Of a stretch of DNA of 64,000 nt, positions 27,101 to 58,680 are shown one piece after another. The stretch's first letter is position 1; each line of letters opens with the position of its first letter. Origin of the DNA: Pecten maximus (Eukaryota). A program made the position numbers and the translations under genes. The notes below the pieces were generated by a model. The model ran no database searches. It was not told where the DNA came from and saw only the letters and a program-made list of their open reading frames with translations. The DNA lies in NCBI RefSeq assembly GCF_902652985.1, contig NC_047018.1:16492001-16556000 (forward strand). Reading direction: 5' to 3'.

Positions 27101-30100
27101 AAACTCACCTCAAGTATCCCATAAATCTTAAGCTTCCATACCATTCAGAAGGGAGACCAAACATGAATTGGCGTGATTGAATTAGACACAATGTCTACAC
27201 ACCAGTGTACACAAAATCACAAAAAATACAGTGGGCACCAGTACACAGGTACGATCCAAAACAATACAGCACCGTAAACAGTAAATAGGACTATTGTGAC
27301 CGCGACAAAGCAGCAGATATGCAACAGTGATAGCAGATACTCACCTGGCAGGTAAAACGTCTATACGGTCTACATCACCGACTGTCAGTTACTTAAAGGC
27401 TGGACCTATAACCTGAATGTTTGTTGCAAATCAATAAGTAAACTGGGCCCATACCACTACCAGCCACATAATTACCTCCAGTATTGGATTTTCTACCACA
27501 CCCCTGTTGTTTGCATGTCTCCATTTTCTATAATAATTTAAACAGTGTATGCAAGCTATTCATGAAATTATCATTTTCATTGACACAAAAAAGTTGTCTT
27601 GTGTGGTGTATAAGGCAGAGCTAATGAGACAAGATAGTTATATACAATACTGTAATGAAATGACCCCAGCATTCCCTATGACCACAATTGATTTCAATCA
27701 TTGATATTCATTACATTGCAACCTGTATATTCTTTTGTGGAACGTATATGACAGATCTCAGAAATTTACTTGTACAATCATGTATAATGGTAAAATATTT
27801 CTCTGTAAATTAATTTCTGTGTCAACAGGTAAAATACTTAATATGTTTAATTAAAATATTACATTACTTATATAAAAATTCTACAACTACACGAGAATGA
27901 GTATACAATAGGACTACAATGAATCTATTGTTCGACTTGTTTAGAAGAGTTCTTTTATAAAAACAATTATTATAGTTTTGGAAAACTTGAGTAAACCATT
28001 TATAGAATTTAATCCTTTTAAATTAAATTAAATTCATTTTTTCCTTTTAAATATCCAACATTTATAAAAGAAGTCAGTATTTATTCTGTAAGTTGATGAA
28101 TTGACTACTATAATAGTGTAGTAAACATGTAGACCACTGTGTACCACCAACGTCTAATCATAACTGAGGAAAAATTAACTTTTCTCTCCCTACACCTAGC
28201 CAAGATTAACAATGCTGAAAATACTTGAATTAGTTATCTAAATCAGTCCAAACATGATCATTTTATCATTACAACTTCAGCTTTCTAAAACTGAAATTGG
28301 ATAGGAGTAACAGTCAGCAAGTTAAGTTTTAAATTTATCAAACACTTTTAGATTTATTTACAGATACAACAAAATTTAAGACATCATAAAAATAGCCTAT
28401 TTAAAATTACTAACAAGCTGAAGCATAGATTATATGTAATTATAGATAGTGAAATTGAAAACAGAGCTGATATATTTGATTTCAGAAAGACATCAGATTA
28501 TCTAAGTAGTGTAGGATGTCAGTTATATACAATAATAACACAAACTCTGATAGAAAGAGATTTTCATGATTAATCCAAGATTTTCTGGTCACTTTTCAAA
28601 ACTTAGCAGAGACGTTTAACAAAGTGGATAAAATTATGGCACATGTTAATTCTGAATGCAGACGATTCTGTTTATTCTCCGGTACAATAGGTGTAAAGCT
28701 TATTAGTATGCCTCAACAATACCTGGCTAGGTGTAACACAAAACCTGGATCTAACAACACACTAATTAAAAGCAATACAGAGGAACATATACAATGGTTG
28801 TAGATAAAGGCACATGGGCCTAAGTCAATTAGCAGTATGCAGCAGGAAAAGGAATCAACAATAAAATTCCTTTTGTTCAATATATAGTCAGAACATGAAA
28901 TATACATACTATGGTGGTTACATGTATATATACATATACTATAATCTTTAAGTACTGATAATGATGAAGTAATCAATTAAGTTTTGGAGTATCAGATGGG
29001 CAGAAAGAGCTGTATATACACAGTGTAATATATATAGTAGACTCTATAGTATACAGTGATCAATGTATAGCTCTGTTTGTAGTAGCTGGTGGCTAACTCA
29101 CTGAACAAGACACAGACTGATGCTCCATAGGCTCCTTGTAAAATGCTTGCTGCTTCCAGCAAAGTTGACAGAAATAATAGAGTGTCAGAGGGAGTATATG
29201 CAATCCTGGTACATTATAATTACTAGCCATTTTCCTGCCAACTTATAACGAGGGAGAATTTCCTTTGGGTGTCAATAAGTCTGTTAAACCAAATGCAAAG
29301 GTTCAGTGTTTTATTTATATCATAATAATATATTAATAGAGTGGTGTCTATTACATCATAATTAGTCTTTTTTTTTTTTTTTTTTTTTTAGTATATATCT
29401 TGTTGTTATTGTTTTTATCTCAAATGGTTTATTATTCACAGCTTGCAAGTAGAGCTTCAGACCATTCACTCTCCCAAGAATTTGATATTTTATATTCCCA
29501 TGGAATACCTGGAGATTTAAGTTGTTATTGTATGTGTGTATATAGGAAAGTTTTCCATGCAGCTTTTCAGTTTCCTCAGTCACAGACACAGAAACAGCAT
29601 TTGGACAATTTTGTCAGATGTATGTTTTCACTGATAATATTAATGAACACAACTTAAATTAAAAATTCTATTTTCAGACGGATTATTATTCTATGAATGA
29701 TATTACATTAGCCAGAAAGAAGAGTTTTTATTTCCCATTAAATATATCAACCATAGTTAATGTAAGCTCTTTGGAGATTGTATGTCGATAAACATGTACA
29801 GTATATAAAATGTAAAACATTGAAACAATGTTAATTATATAAGGCAAAGGTTTAGAACTTGTGCCCCAATCCTATTTGTCATTATGAACCAATCAAAGGC
29901 AAATAAAATATGTTTAAACCAATGTAAAGGCAAAAAACAAATCACAAGGTACTTTAACTTAGGTATCTACAATAGAAAGTACTAAGGTAAGGAGGCAAAG
30001 TAATCATGCTGTTCAAAATCTGGCACTAAATTTACTTCCTCTGGCACTGACACCATGTCTGGTGAAGGACCATAGAACACTACTATATATATGGAAATGT

Positions 30101-30956
30101 GGTATTCTCTGACACCATTTGGTGTCATTAAGATTTTGGTGTAGATAAAATCAAATCAGGTAAGACATAACACCTACCTTACATTTTCGGACACATGAGA
30201 TATTTATTTACCCCCAAACACCTATATAGATGATTCATATATATATATATATAATCTGGCTGTGTACACTGGACATACAATGTAGGTTCATGCAGGGCGA
30301 GAGGAAACTCAGGCTAGGACAGCCCCTACCAAACAAGCCCTCTGGATACTGCTGTACAAACCGCACTAGACAAAACATACTCGGGAAATGATAATATCAT
30401 AATTCACAGATATGATGTTCTATCAACTAATAATATTACAAGTATATATATCACATATACATTGAAATACAGAAACAAGAAACAAATGGACATTCAAAAC
30501 AAAGTTAAGCTGTGTGTTTGAACATAAGTGTGTACAGGAAAAAATGTGGAAAAATTGACAAGTTATTAGAATTACAGTATGGAATAAAGAAAAAATAAGT
30601 GAATTGTAAAACTACTGTCGAATTTACTTCAAAACAAAACGGTAAGTATCCATGTTCGTCACACAAATTCTGTCATAGAAAAAAATTGTAGGGGCTACAA
30701 TTATGCTTACATTAAAAAATAATTATTGAATAAGTTTAATACATCTAACACTAAAACCTTAAAATTAATATATGTATATAGAATACAAAACCCAACATTG
30801 CTATCTGGATTAATATTATGTACACACCTGTAACAGGCTGGCCACAACAGTTGAACAGGTGAATCGTAAAGTTTATAAACAAAGTTTCAAATGATCATTT
30901 TAATATGACCACCTCAAAGTTTAACGTAATCAACTTTTCCATAACATAAAACTTAC

Positions 30957-31342
30957 CATAACATCAAAGATCTGACGAATAAACCGTTGTGACAAATTAC
31001 AATCAATCCAAAAGTTTGTTAAACTGTTAACGTTCCAGTTAGAAGTCAATGGCAGGTGCCCGTTTCTTCGGAAGCTATATTATTCAGTCCGTGACTAATG
31101 TGTATTTTATGATCACATTAAAATATTTATGATCACATGTCCTGAAAATATTTATTAAAATATAGAAATATACAACGGAACAATCGTGTTCGTTCAAATA
31201 TTTATTTTTTCCCCAAATTCTCATAACGTCACTGTGGAACTACTATTATATTGACGGACATGCGCACAGAGCCGGCGGACAGACGATAACTTCCTGTAGA
31301 AAAGAAGCAAGTTCACTGAGGAGGAGACTAAAAGTGTAGAAC
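30957..31342. promoter_or_regulatory. Probable bidirectional promoter / first-exon region shared by Rab23 and USP14
   Basis: Locally CpG-enriched. NRF1-like CATGCGCA (~31259) and ETS-like ACTTCCTG (~31289) just upstream of the USP14 ATG. A consensus minus-strand donor (ATG|GTAAGT, 30951-30956) is a candidate end of a non-coding Rab23 exon 1. The Rab23 TSS assignment is inference. Confidence 0.55.
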
Positions 31343-51409
<20,067 letters not shown>

Positions 51410-51544
51410 TGGATAATGAAGAATTTGGCCATATTGGCAGTTACATATGTTGTCCATGAGAAGAGCTGCCTGGACACAATAGCCAGTAGTTACCTATGTT
51501 GATGTCGACAAAGTCCCCTATTCCTAACTCAAACTTCTCCGGAG

Positions 51545-51935
51545 AAAATCTACAAATCCTCAACAAGCTCTGAATTTGGTAGACAAAATCGACAAGTTCT
51601 GGACTTGGTTGACAAAAATAACAAGCGCTGGAGTTGGTTGACAAAATCAACAAGCTTTGGAGTTGGTTGACAAAATCAACAAGCTCTGGAGTTGGTTGAC
51701 AAAATCTACAAGCGCTGGAGTTGGTTGACAAAATCAACAAGCTTTGGAGTTGGTTGACAAAATCAACAAGTTCTGGAGTTGGTTGACAAAATCAACAAGC
51801 TCTGGATTTGGTTGACAATATCTACATGCTCTTGAGTTGGTAGACAAAATCAACAAGTTCTGGAGTTGGTTGACAAAATCTACAAGCTCTGGAGTTGGTT
51901 GATAAACTCTACAAGCTCTGGAGTTGGTTGATAAT
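51545..51935 (+). repeat. 29-bp tandem repeat (~13 copies) in the USP14 3'UTR
   Basis: Unit tctggagttggttgacaaaatcaacaagc, lying between the stop codon and the AATAAA. Confidence 0.93.
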
Positions 51936-52513
51936 CTCTTTGTCTACTTTTCTATGAAACACCTATAGGCATAGGACAGTATATACTTCTGTTGCTGGAA
52001 GAAATTGAGTTTATCAAAGTATCTACCCTTCTTTGGGGAACATTATTTCTTGAAAGATGTGATCAGTTGTTTTACATAACACACATGGGGACGTTTACAA
52101 TCATTTGTACTATAAGCTGTTCTGTTTCCCATATTGACTTCTTTACAGTCTATCTAACCAAATAAGTGCTATATGTTATTCCAAGTGCTAACATTATTCC
52201 ATATGTGGAATATTGAAATATTAGTCAGCATCCAATTTATCTGCTGTTATTTGTCAAACTTCAATTTTTGCCATCCATGTGTTTAAAAAAATTTAAACTT
52301 GAATTTCAAAGTGGCTATAGATATTGTCATCATCGCATTAAAACAACTTAGGTGTATCAGAATCATCCTTTGTAAGTATTGTCGTCGCTTTGGGAACTTA
52401 TACAATGTGTACTCCCCATGTAAACAATTAATGGACCAGGTTGTTACGTGAACTCATTTGTTAATTTTCAAAAGCTTGCTCATGTAAAGATGACATGTGG
52501 ATGTGATAATCAT

Positions 52514-52560
52514 ATTAAATAAATATGCATTAAAGATTTTTCGTTGTGATTATTTTATGC
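52514..52560 (+). terminator. Probable USP14 polyadenylation signal
   Basis: AATAAA at 52518-52523 with ATTAAA on both sides, followed by a T/GT-rich stretch, ~1.1 kb after the stop codon. Confidence 0.55.
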
Positions 52561-52849
52561 AAGTTTTAAGCCAGCTGATATTTCATTTGTGACTAATCAT
52601 CTTCCAGGTATGATTTGCTGAAGGGATATATGGATACATTAATAAGATCATAACTAATTATCCAAATCCTTGCTCTACCAGCTTCATTGATTATATCAGA
52701 TTGTCCTGAAACTTCATTTACTTATTATCAGATCACTAATTAACCGATAGTTCTGTTACTTCAAAGTCTTTCTCATACATTAACTATTGTCTATTGTTAT
52801 GATAACTAGTAGTGACTTCCTGAGCGACATAATTAGACAATTATTTTGT

Positions 52850-53068
52850 TGTGTACCAGATGGTTGGTTATTCAAATTTCCAAATGTCTATGGTCCATCC
52901 ATCCGTAAACAATTCTTGTTATTGCTATTTCTTAAAAAGGTTTGGAGGGTTATTGCACAAACTTCACATGGAAGTTCCCCTTGGTCCCTAGTTGTGTTAA
53001 TTTGATTACTTTGATTTTGATAGGAAAACAAAATGGCCAACATGTGACCATCTTGGATTTTGACAATT
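52850..53068 (+). mobile_element. Old single-unit relic related to the 36594-40533 HINE
   Basis: cagatggttggttattcaaat...gtccatccatccgtaaacaattcttgtt...gttccccttggtccctagtt...aaaacaaaatggcc...ccatcttggattttgacaatt. Confidence 0.8.
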
Positions 53069-54302
53069 AATTTACGTCATGGAAGCAAATAATGTCATAT
53101 GAAGACTGCATCTAATTGGGCAACTCGGGGATTGTTTAATAGCATTATCATAGGTCATTACCTGGATGTGGTAGCATAACACCTCATCCACACACATTAT
53201 ACTCTAACTCCTTACAGTCATACTCATCTTGCTGAAGGCAATGACAATACTAAGAATTGATATATAAGTGCCCACACGTTGAGTGTCCTATAGTAATTAC
53301 TGTGTCTGTACATCAGCACAAGTCTCCAAAGATAATCTCAGAATCCAGAAAGCCAAACTTTCTCGAACTTAATATAATAAACTGTGATGTGCAGATGTGC
53401 ACATCATATTTAAATCTTAGGTATTGGTTCATCTTATTTGAGGTTCACTATCAATTAACTTCTGATATCGCCTACTAAGATCAGTAATATTTCTGAATTC
53501 ATTCACATTGATACCACAACCGGAATTTGAATTCGCTGGGTCATCAAAACAGTCAGTATGTTGGATCGGTTCCAACACAAATTCACTGATGTGGGGTTTG
53601 AAAAATTTTCTAAGGTTAAAGTTAATGTAACTAATACCAAAAATATAATAGTAAATACTGCGAAAAATACATCATATAAGGGCCCATTCCGAAGTCAAAC
53701 TTTGTGAAATTTCACCTGGTGATTCAATGAAATGTAGATGCACATTATAGAGGTTTAAAATGGTATAGAACCTGGAATACACTGTCAAAAGTACATCACC
53801 TATGGCCCTTACAGAAGGCCAAACTTTCTACAGTATCAAATTATGATGCGCTGATATGGAGATGGGCAATAGGGGTTTTAAAAGTTTGAATGTATCATTT
53901 TGTCTGATATCAAAAGAACGAAATTAATATTGGGGTCACCTAGGTAAGGCGGTGTACCATGTCATGAACTAAAAATAAGGCACTCTGAACTACATTTTGA
54001 CCTTTGACCTAGGTCAAAAGAAAACTGCTTCTACTTTTGCCACTAGAACTTCTTCCTTGTTGTAAAGATCCATCCATTATGTTCACTTGCATGGAATTTG
54101 TAATATCGCCTACTAATATTTCTGAAGTCTTTCACATTGATACCACCAACCGCAATTTGGATGCAGTGGGTCTTTCAAACATTGTTTAATTAGGTTTTAT
54201 TGGATCGATTTGGGCGGACCACAAACAAGTCGTACGTCATACCATTGCACAAGGAAATACAATTTCTGAATGAGAATATGTTACCGACCATAACAATATC
54301 CC

Positions 54303-54515
54303 GTGGTCTTCGCGGTGGCAGAGTGGTTATGGTATCCCGACACTTTATCACTAGCCCTCCACCTCTGGGTTGCGGGTTCGAAACCTGCGTGGGGCAGTTG
54401 ACAGGTACTGACCGTAGGTCTGTGGGTTTTTTTTTTCTCAGGGTACTCCGTCTTTCCTCCACCTCCAAAATCGTTCACGTCCTTAAATGACCCTGGTTGT
54501 TAAAACAAGTAAACG
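54303..54515 (+). mobile_element. tRNA-derived SINE (V-domain-like central region)
   Basis: A box TGGCAGAGTGG, B box GGTTCGAAACC, central gggtactccgtctttcctccac, 3' tail cgtccttaaatgacc...gttaaaacaa. Confidence 0.82.
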
Positions 54516-55532
54516 AGCCACAGAAAACATCAAGACAATACTAATGTGGAAACAAATCAAACCAAGGCAAAATATAAACAAAAGGTGGACATACATTTAT
54601 ACCGTTGAAAAAAACCCTCGAGCAGACTAAGTGTCCCGGAAGTGTAAGCGTCTTCTGACTCGTTAACACATGTAAATCTAGGAAAAAATCATGTAATGTC
54701 ACATTCTCACCGTGAATATCAGGATAGTGAATGAATCTACCGGAAAAACACAACGACCATTGGCCTTCTCATTCTTTACTTCACGTAGGCAATACACAAT
54801 TACCCCAAAATGGTCATGATAGTAATAATGCTGCTTCTCATTTTCATCCTCAACCTAACTACATTATAATAATTTGTATATCTCAAAACCTTACAAGGTT
54901 TTACGCCAAGATTCGACACCTATCACAAAATATTGAAGACAAAACCATGAATATCAAATCCACCCTTACATGTAAATGTTGTAGCTTGGGGAACCATGTA
55001 TGTCACTAATTGAAATCATCAAGCCTATCATACAGCTCAGTTGTAAACTGTCTTTGTTGGTTACGTTTGCACAGTGTACGTAAGATTGAGGTTAGCAGCT
55101 GCTGTAGAAGAGTCTGTAGTGTCATTAGTTTTAACATCTTTAGGGTATTCCCGACAAATGGTTATTAAGTATGGTGAAATTGAAAGACATGGGTACCTTT
55201 TACTTGTTTTGAGTAGCTCTTCAATGGATTCAGTCTCTTATGAAATTCCACCAAGAGACTCCCTAAGGTATGCCTATAATCTTGAAAGTCTGGCCTCAAA
55301 ACTCAACAATGATAATCCAATCATTCACACTGGTTTTCAGTTCAGTTAATCTTGGCCCTGGTGTAACATATTGTTCCCCTTACTAAGACAATGAAACTAG
55401 TATCACCAGAGGACAGAGGCGTAAGCATGGTAACGCAGATTTAAAAATCAATTCTTTAATTATTCAAGATTGATAAAAAATATCTTTAAAGTTTGTTTTC
55501 CCCTTTCAAGATCTATACACCATTTCTCCGTG

Positions 55533-55944
55533 GGGAGGTCGAAGTTTGTTCCGAGTTCCGAGTTCCGTTTAAGTAAAACGGAACTAGGAACCAGTTCCGA
55601 GTTCCGTTTAAGAAAAACGGAACCAGGAACTAGTTCCGAGTTCCATTTTTTCTCAAACGGAACTGGGACCAAGTCCCGTAAAGCTTATACATGGTATTTC
55701 CGTTTATCATAAACAGAACTCGGAACTAGGAAGTTTTTCTTAAACGGAACTCGGAACTTGGACCAAGTTCCGTAAAGCTTATACTTGCTAGAATCTAGTT
55801 CCGTTTTTCTTAAACGGAACTGGAAACTAGTTCCTGGTTTCGATTTTCTTAAACGGAGCTGGGAACTTGGACCAAGTCAAGTAAAGCTTATACATAGTAG
55901 TTCCGTTTTACTTAAACGGAACTCGGAACCAACTTCAGGCTCCC
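55533..55944. mobile_element. Foldback / Mutator-like MITE
   Basis: Long TIRs gggaggtcgaagtttgttccgagttccg / cggaactcggaaccaacttcaggctccc; internal gagttccgtt/aacggaact modules; 9-bp TSD ttctccgtg (55524-55532) / ttctcggtg (55945-55953). Confidence 0.82.
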
Positions 55945-58122
55945 TTCTCGGTGAGGGTATAGGGAACCACGACACGATTAAAGCTCTGGTTGTACTAAGG
56001 ATGGAACTATGAAGGCTTGATAAACGGTTGGTTGAACTAGTAGCTGAGTCAGCGGTAATGTTTTTTAATGGCATTTTTGAAATGTATGAACATCTTGGAA
56101 GAGTTTAATGCTGAGGCGTAGTTACGTAATGTTTCGTCTCTGGGAAAATTGATAAAGTAATTGTAGGATTTTTTTATGGCTTAAACTTTTTTTAAACAGG
56201 TATTTTAATTGTTTGTATAAGACAAAGTTATTAGATGCTTCCCCCTTTCACCATGTATGTGCCTTTGATTCAGATCTTAAGTGTTGTCTGGACATTGGGA
56301 TCAAGAAACACACGATTGTGTTTTGTTTTCATTGCTATTTCTTTTTAATGATGGTAGACCCAGTGGATTTAATTTCCCCCGGAAGCGAATCCAATGCAGC
56401 ATGCCCTCGGGTTGTTTATGGCCTACAAAAGTCCAGACCCCGTCATGTTTAATCATCGATCCTTTCGATTATAAAAGAAGAAAAAAATCCGTTTTCAACA
56501 AAACTCTGCATTGACGTTTTATTTCAAATGAGTCCTCGTAGGAATAATTCCGCGTAGAATTAAAAATGTTAAAATATTCTAATAACAAAAACGGTATACT
56601 CCACATTGTAATCGCCTAAATATCGTCCCATGGTAATTGGCTGATTTGCAGTTTCTTGAGCAGCTGTGATGATTACAGACACCCGTCGTGGCCGACACTG
56701 TACAGCGCGCTGGTAGACACTAAATTACTTACACGATTACATACTTCCTCCACGGCCCGTTCAAAGATGGATATCACCAATTACTGTAAAACCCTGCCGA
56801 TCAATGGGAGTAGAGTGAAAGGGTGAAATCTCGGCCACTATTGATGTCGCTTTAATTCGTGTACTTTAGAGAAAGTAATGCTGACGATCTCCGAACAACC
56901 TGAAGGGCAAGACAACACAAAAACGCCATCAGGAATTTGATGTACTGCAACACGCCGGTTAGTGCTCTTAAGGACTCTTGGAAACTGAAACAAACGAGGG
57001 GAACCTGCCATTATTATTCCTTGGATTTATGTTAGATCCATCAACCATTATATATTTTTTTATCAAACTTTTGCATTTTCTTAATTAAATGGGTTAATTG
57101 AAACCCTGAAGCTTGATGGGTAAGAACTTGTCATGTAACGCCGTGTTGACTTAATGGATACCAGAACTAGGCCAACGCGCGTCTTCTCATTATTGATCGT
57201 GGAATTAAATTGACAAAGACAAGATTTTACCATGTACCACAGACAACGACACGTTACATCAATATTACTCCCGCTCGTCAAAGGATAAGAAATACGCCGT
57301 GACAGATGTTTGATCATCTTGTTTGGTTCGCTCCAGTACCACCAATGTTTCGTCCTTTCTGTACCGGATGTGTTTGTCATACCTTTACGCCTGAGTTATG
57401 TAGATATTTGATTGTAATGTAAATCTAATTGACCTCTGCATACGATGGAGACAAAACTAATAACATGGCGTCGTCAAAACAGCACATTGGTTCCGATTAC
57501 ATATACAAAGCGTCACCCCGGGGACGACTGTTTGTCGCTTAGTGTTTCATCACACAAATGTGTTGACTAGGTATGTTTCATCGTCCGTGTTGTTATTGTG
57601 TCCCAGGTCTCGTTTATACGATCCCGGGGATTGCCCCCAATAAGCCCTCTAGTGATTGGTTATAATTACTAGTGTAGACCTGACGCTTACATAGCTGCTT
57701 TATTGCCAGCCTTGTTTCGCGTCTCTCGACAGCAACAACTCAAAGGTTTATCTGTCAGGAATCAAAATGGAAGTGACCGATAAAACACGGCTTTATTTTG
57801 GTCATTAAATCAAAGTACAGAGAATTGGAAGATCGGGAGTGATAATCGGCAAATGGGACAGTTTGGAGTCAACAAGTATTGTCGCGCACGAGACACAAAG
57901 TACATGTACGGTCATTTGCAGATGACGTCATCGCTCCCTTAGTTTATGAAGACCAATTCCACAACTAATGTAATAGACGATTAATATATGACCTTATTCT
58001 TAAACCGATATCCTTTACTTTTAAAAGACCCAAATATACATAGAAATATAAAATCATAAAGCTATTTCGGTTATGATTGATCAGATATGAGTCTAGTAAA
58101 AGACATAGGGACCTTGTAAAAT

Positions 58123-58653
58123 TTGGTTTGGTTTATTTTGTTTAACGTCCTATTAACAGCTAAGGTCATTTAAGGACGGCCTCCCGTGCGTGCGACATGT
58201 ATGCGTGTGGTGAGTGCGTATGTGTGTTTTGGGAGGCTGCGGTATGTTTGTGTGAAGTCTCCTTGTGGTAGGCCGGGACTTTTGCCGATTATAGTGTTAC
58301 CTCACTGGAGCATACTGCCGAAGACACCCAGCAGCACACCCCACCCGGTCACATTATACTGACAACGGGTGAACCAGTCGTCCCACTCTTAATATGCTGA
58401 GCGCTAAGCAGGAGTAGCAACTACCATTTTTAAAGACTCTGGTATGTCTCGGCCAGGGGACAGAACCCAAAGCCTTCCTCACAGGGGTGAACGCTCAACT
58501 AAAGGCCAAAAGTGAGGCATTGTCAAGGGAGACATTAGGAAGAAGAAAGTTTGTAAGAAAGAAGAGAAAAGATAATATCCCAAATTCAGTCGCCTCTTAC
58601 GATCATGTAATGGGGGCAGCAGGTACAATTTTTACGCCCTACCTACAGGGCAG
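58123..58653 (-). mobile_element. SINE with Meta-domain-like body, extended 5' head and simple-repeat tail
   Basis: Perfect 11-bp TSD CCTTGTAAAAT (58112-58122, 58654-58664). Minus-strand body aaaatggtagttgc...cttagcgctcagcat...gactggt...cagtataatgtgaccgggtgg. Tail ccgtccttaaatgacc...gttaaacaaaataaaccaaaccaa is shared with the 54303 SINE. Family name is from recognition only. Confidence 0.85.
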
Positions 58654-58680
58654 CCTTGTAAAATCACGAATATCAGAATA

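Noticed and set aside
53464-54210. ~100-bp direct repeat pair (~53464-53570 and ~54102-54208) as LTRs
   Set aside because: Diverged, no TG...CA ends, PBS, PPT or TSD seen; more likely an old local duplication.
54310-54392. tRNA gene
   Set aside because: A/B boxes are present but no convincing cloverleaf, and it continues into a SINE body and tail.
56090-58100. CpG-richer stretch as a gene or promoter
   Set aside because: No spliceable coding motif or clear termini recognised; probably transposon-derived but not supportable from sequence alone.
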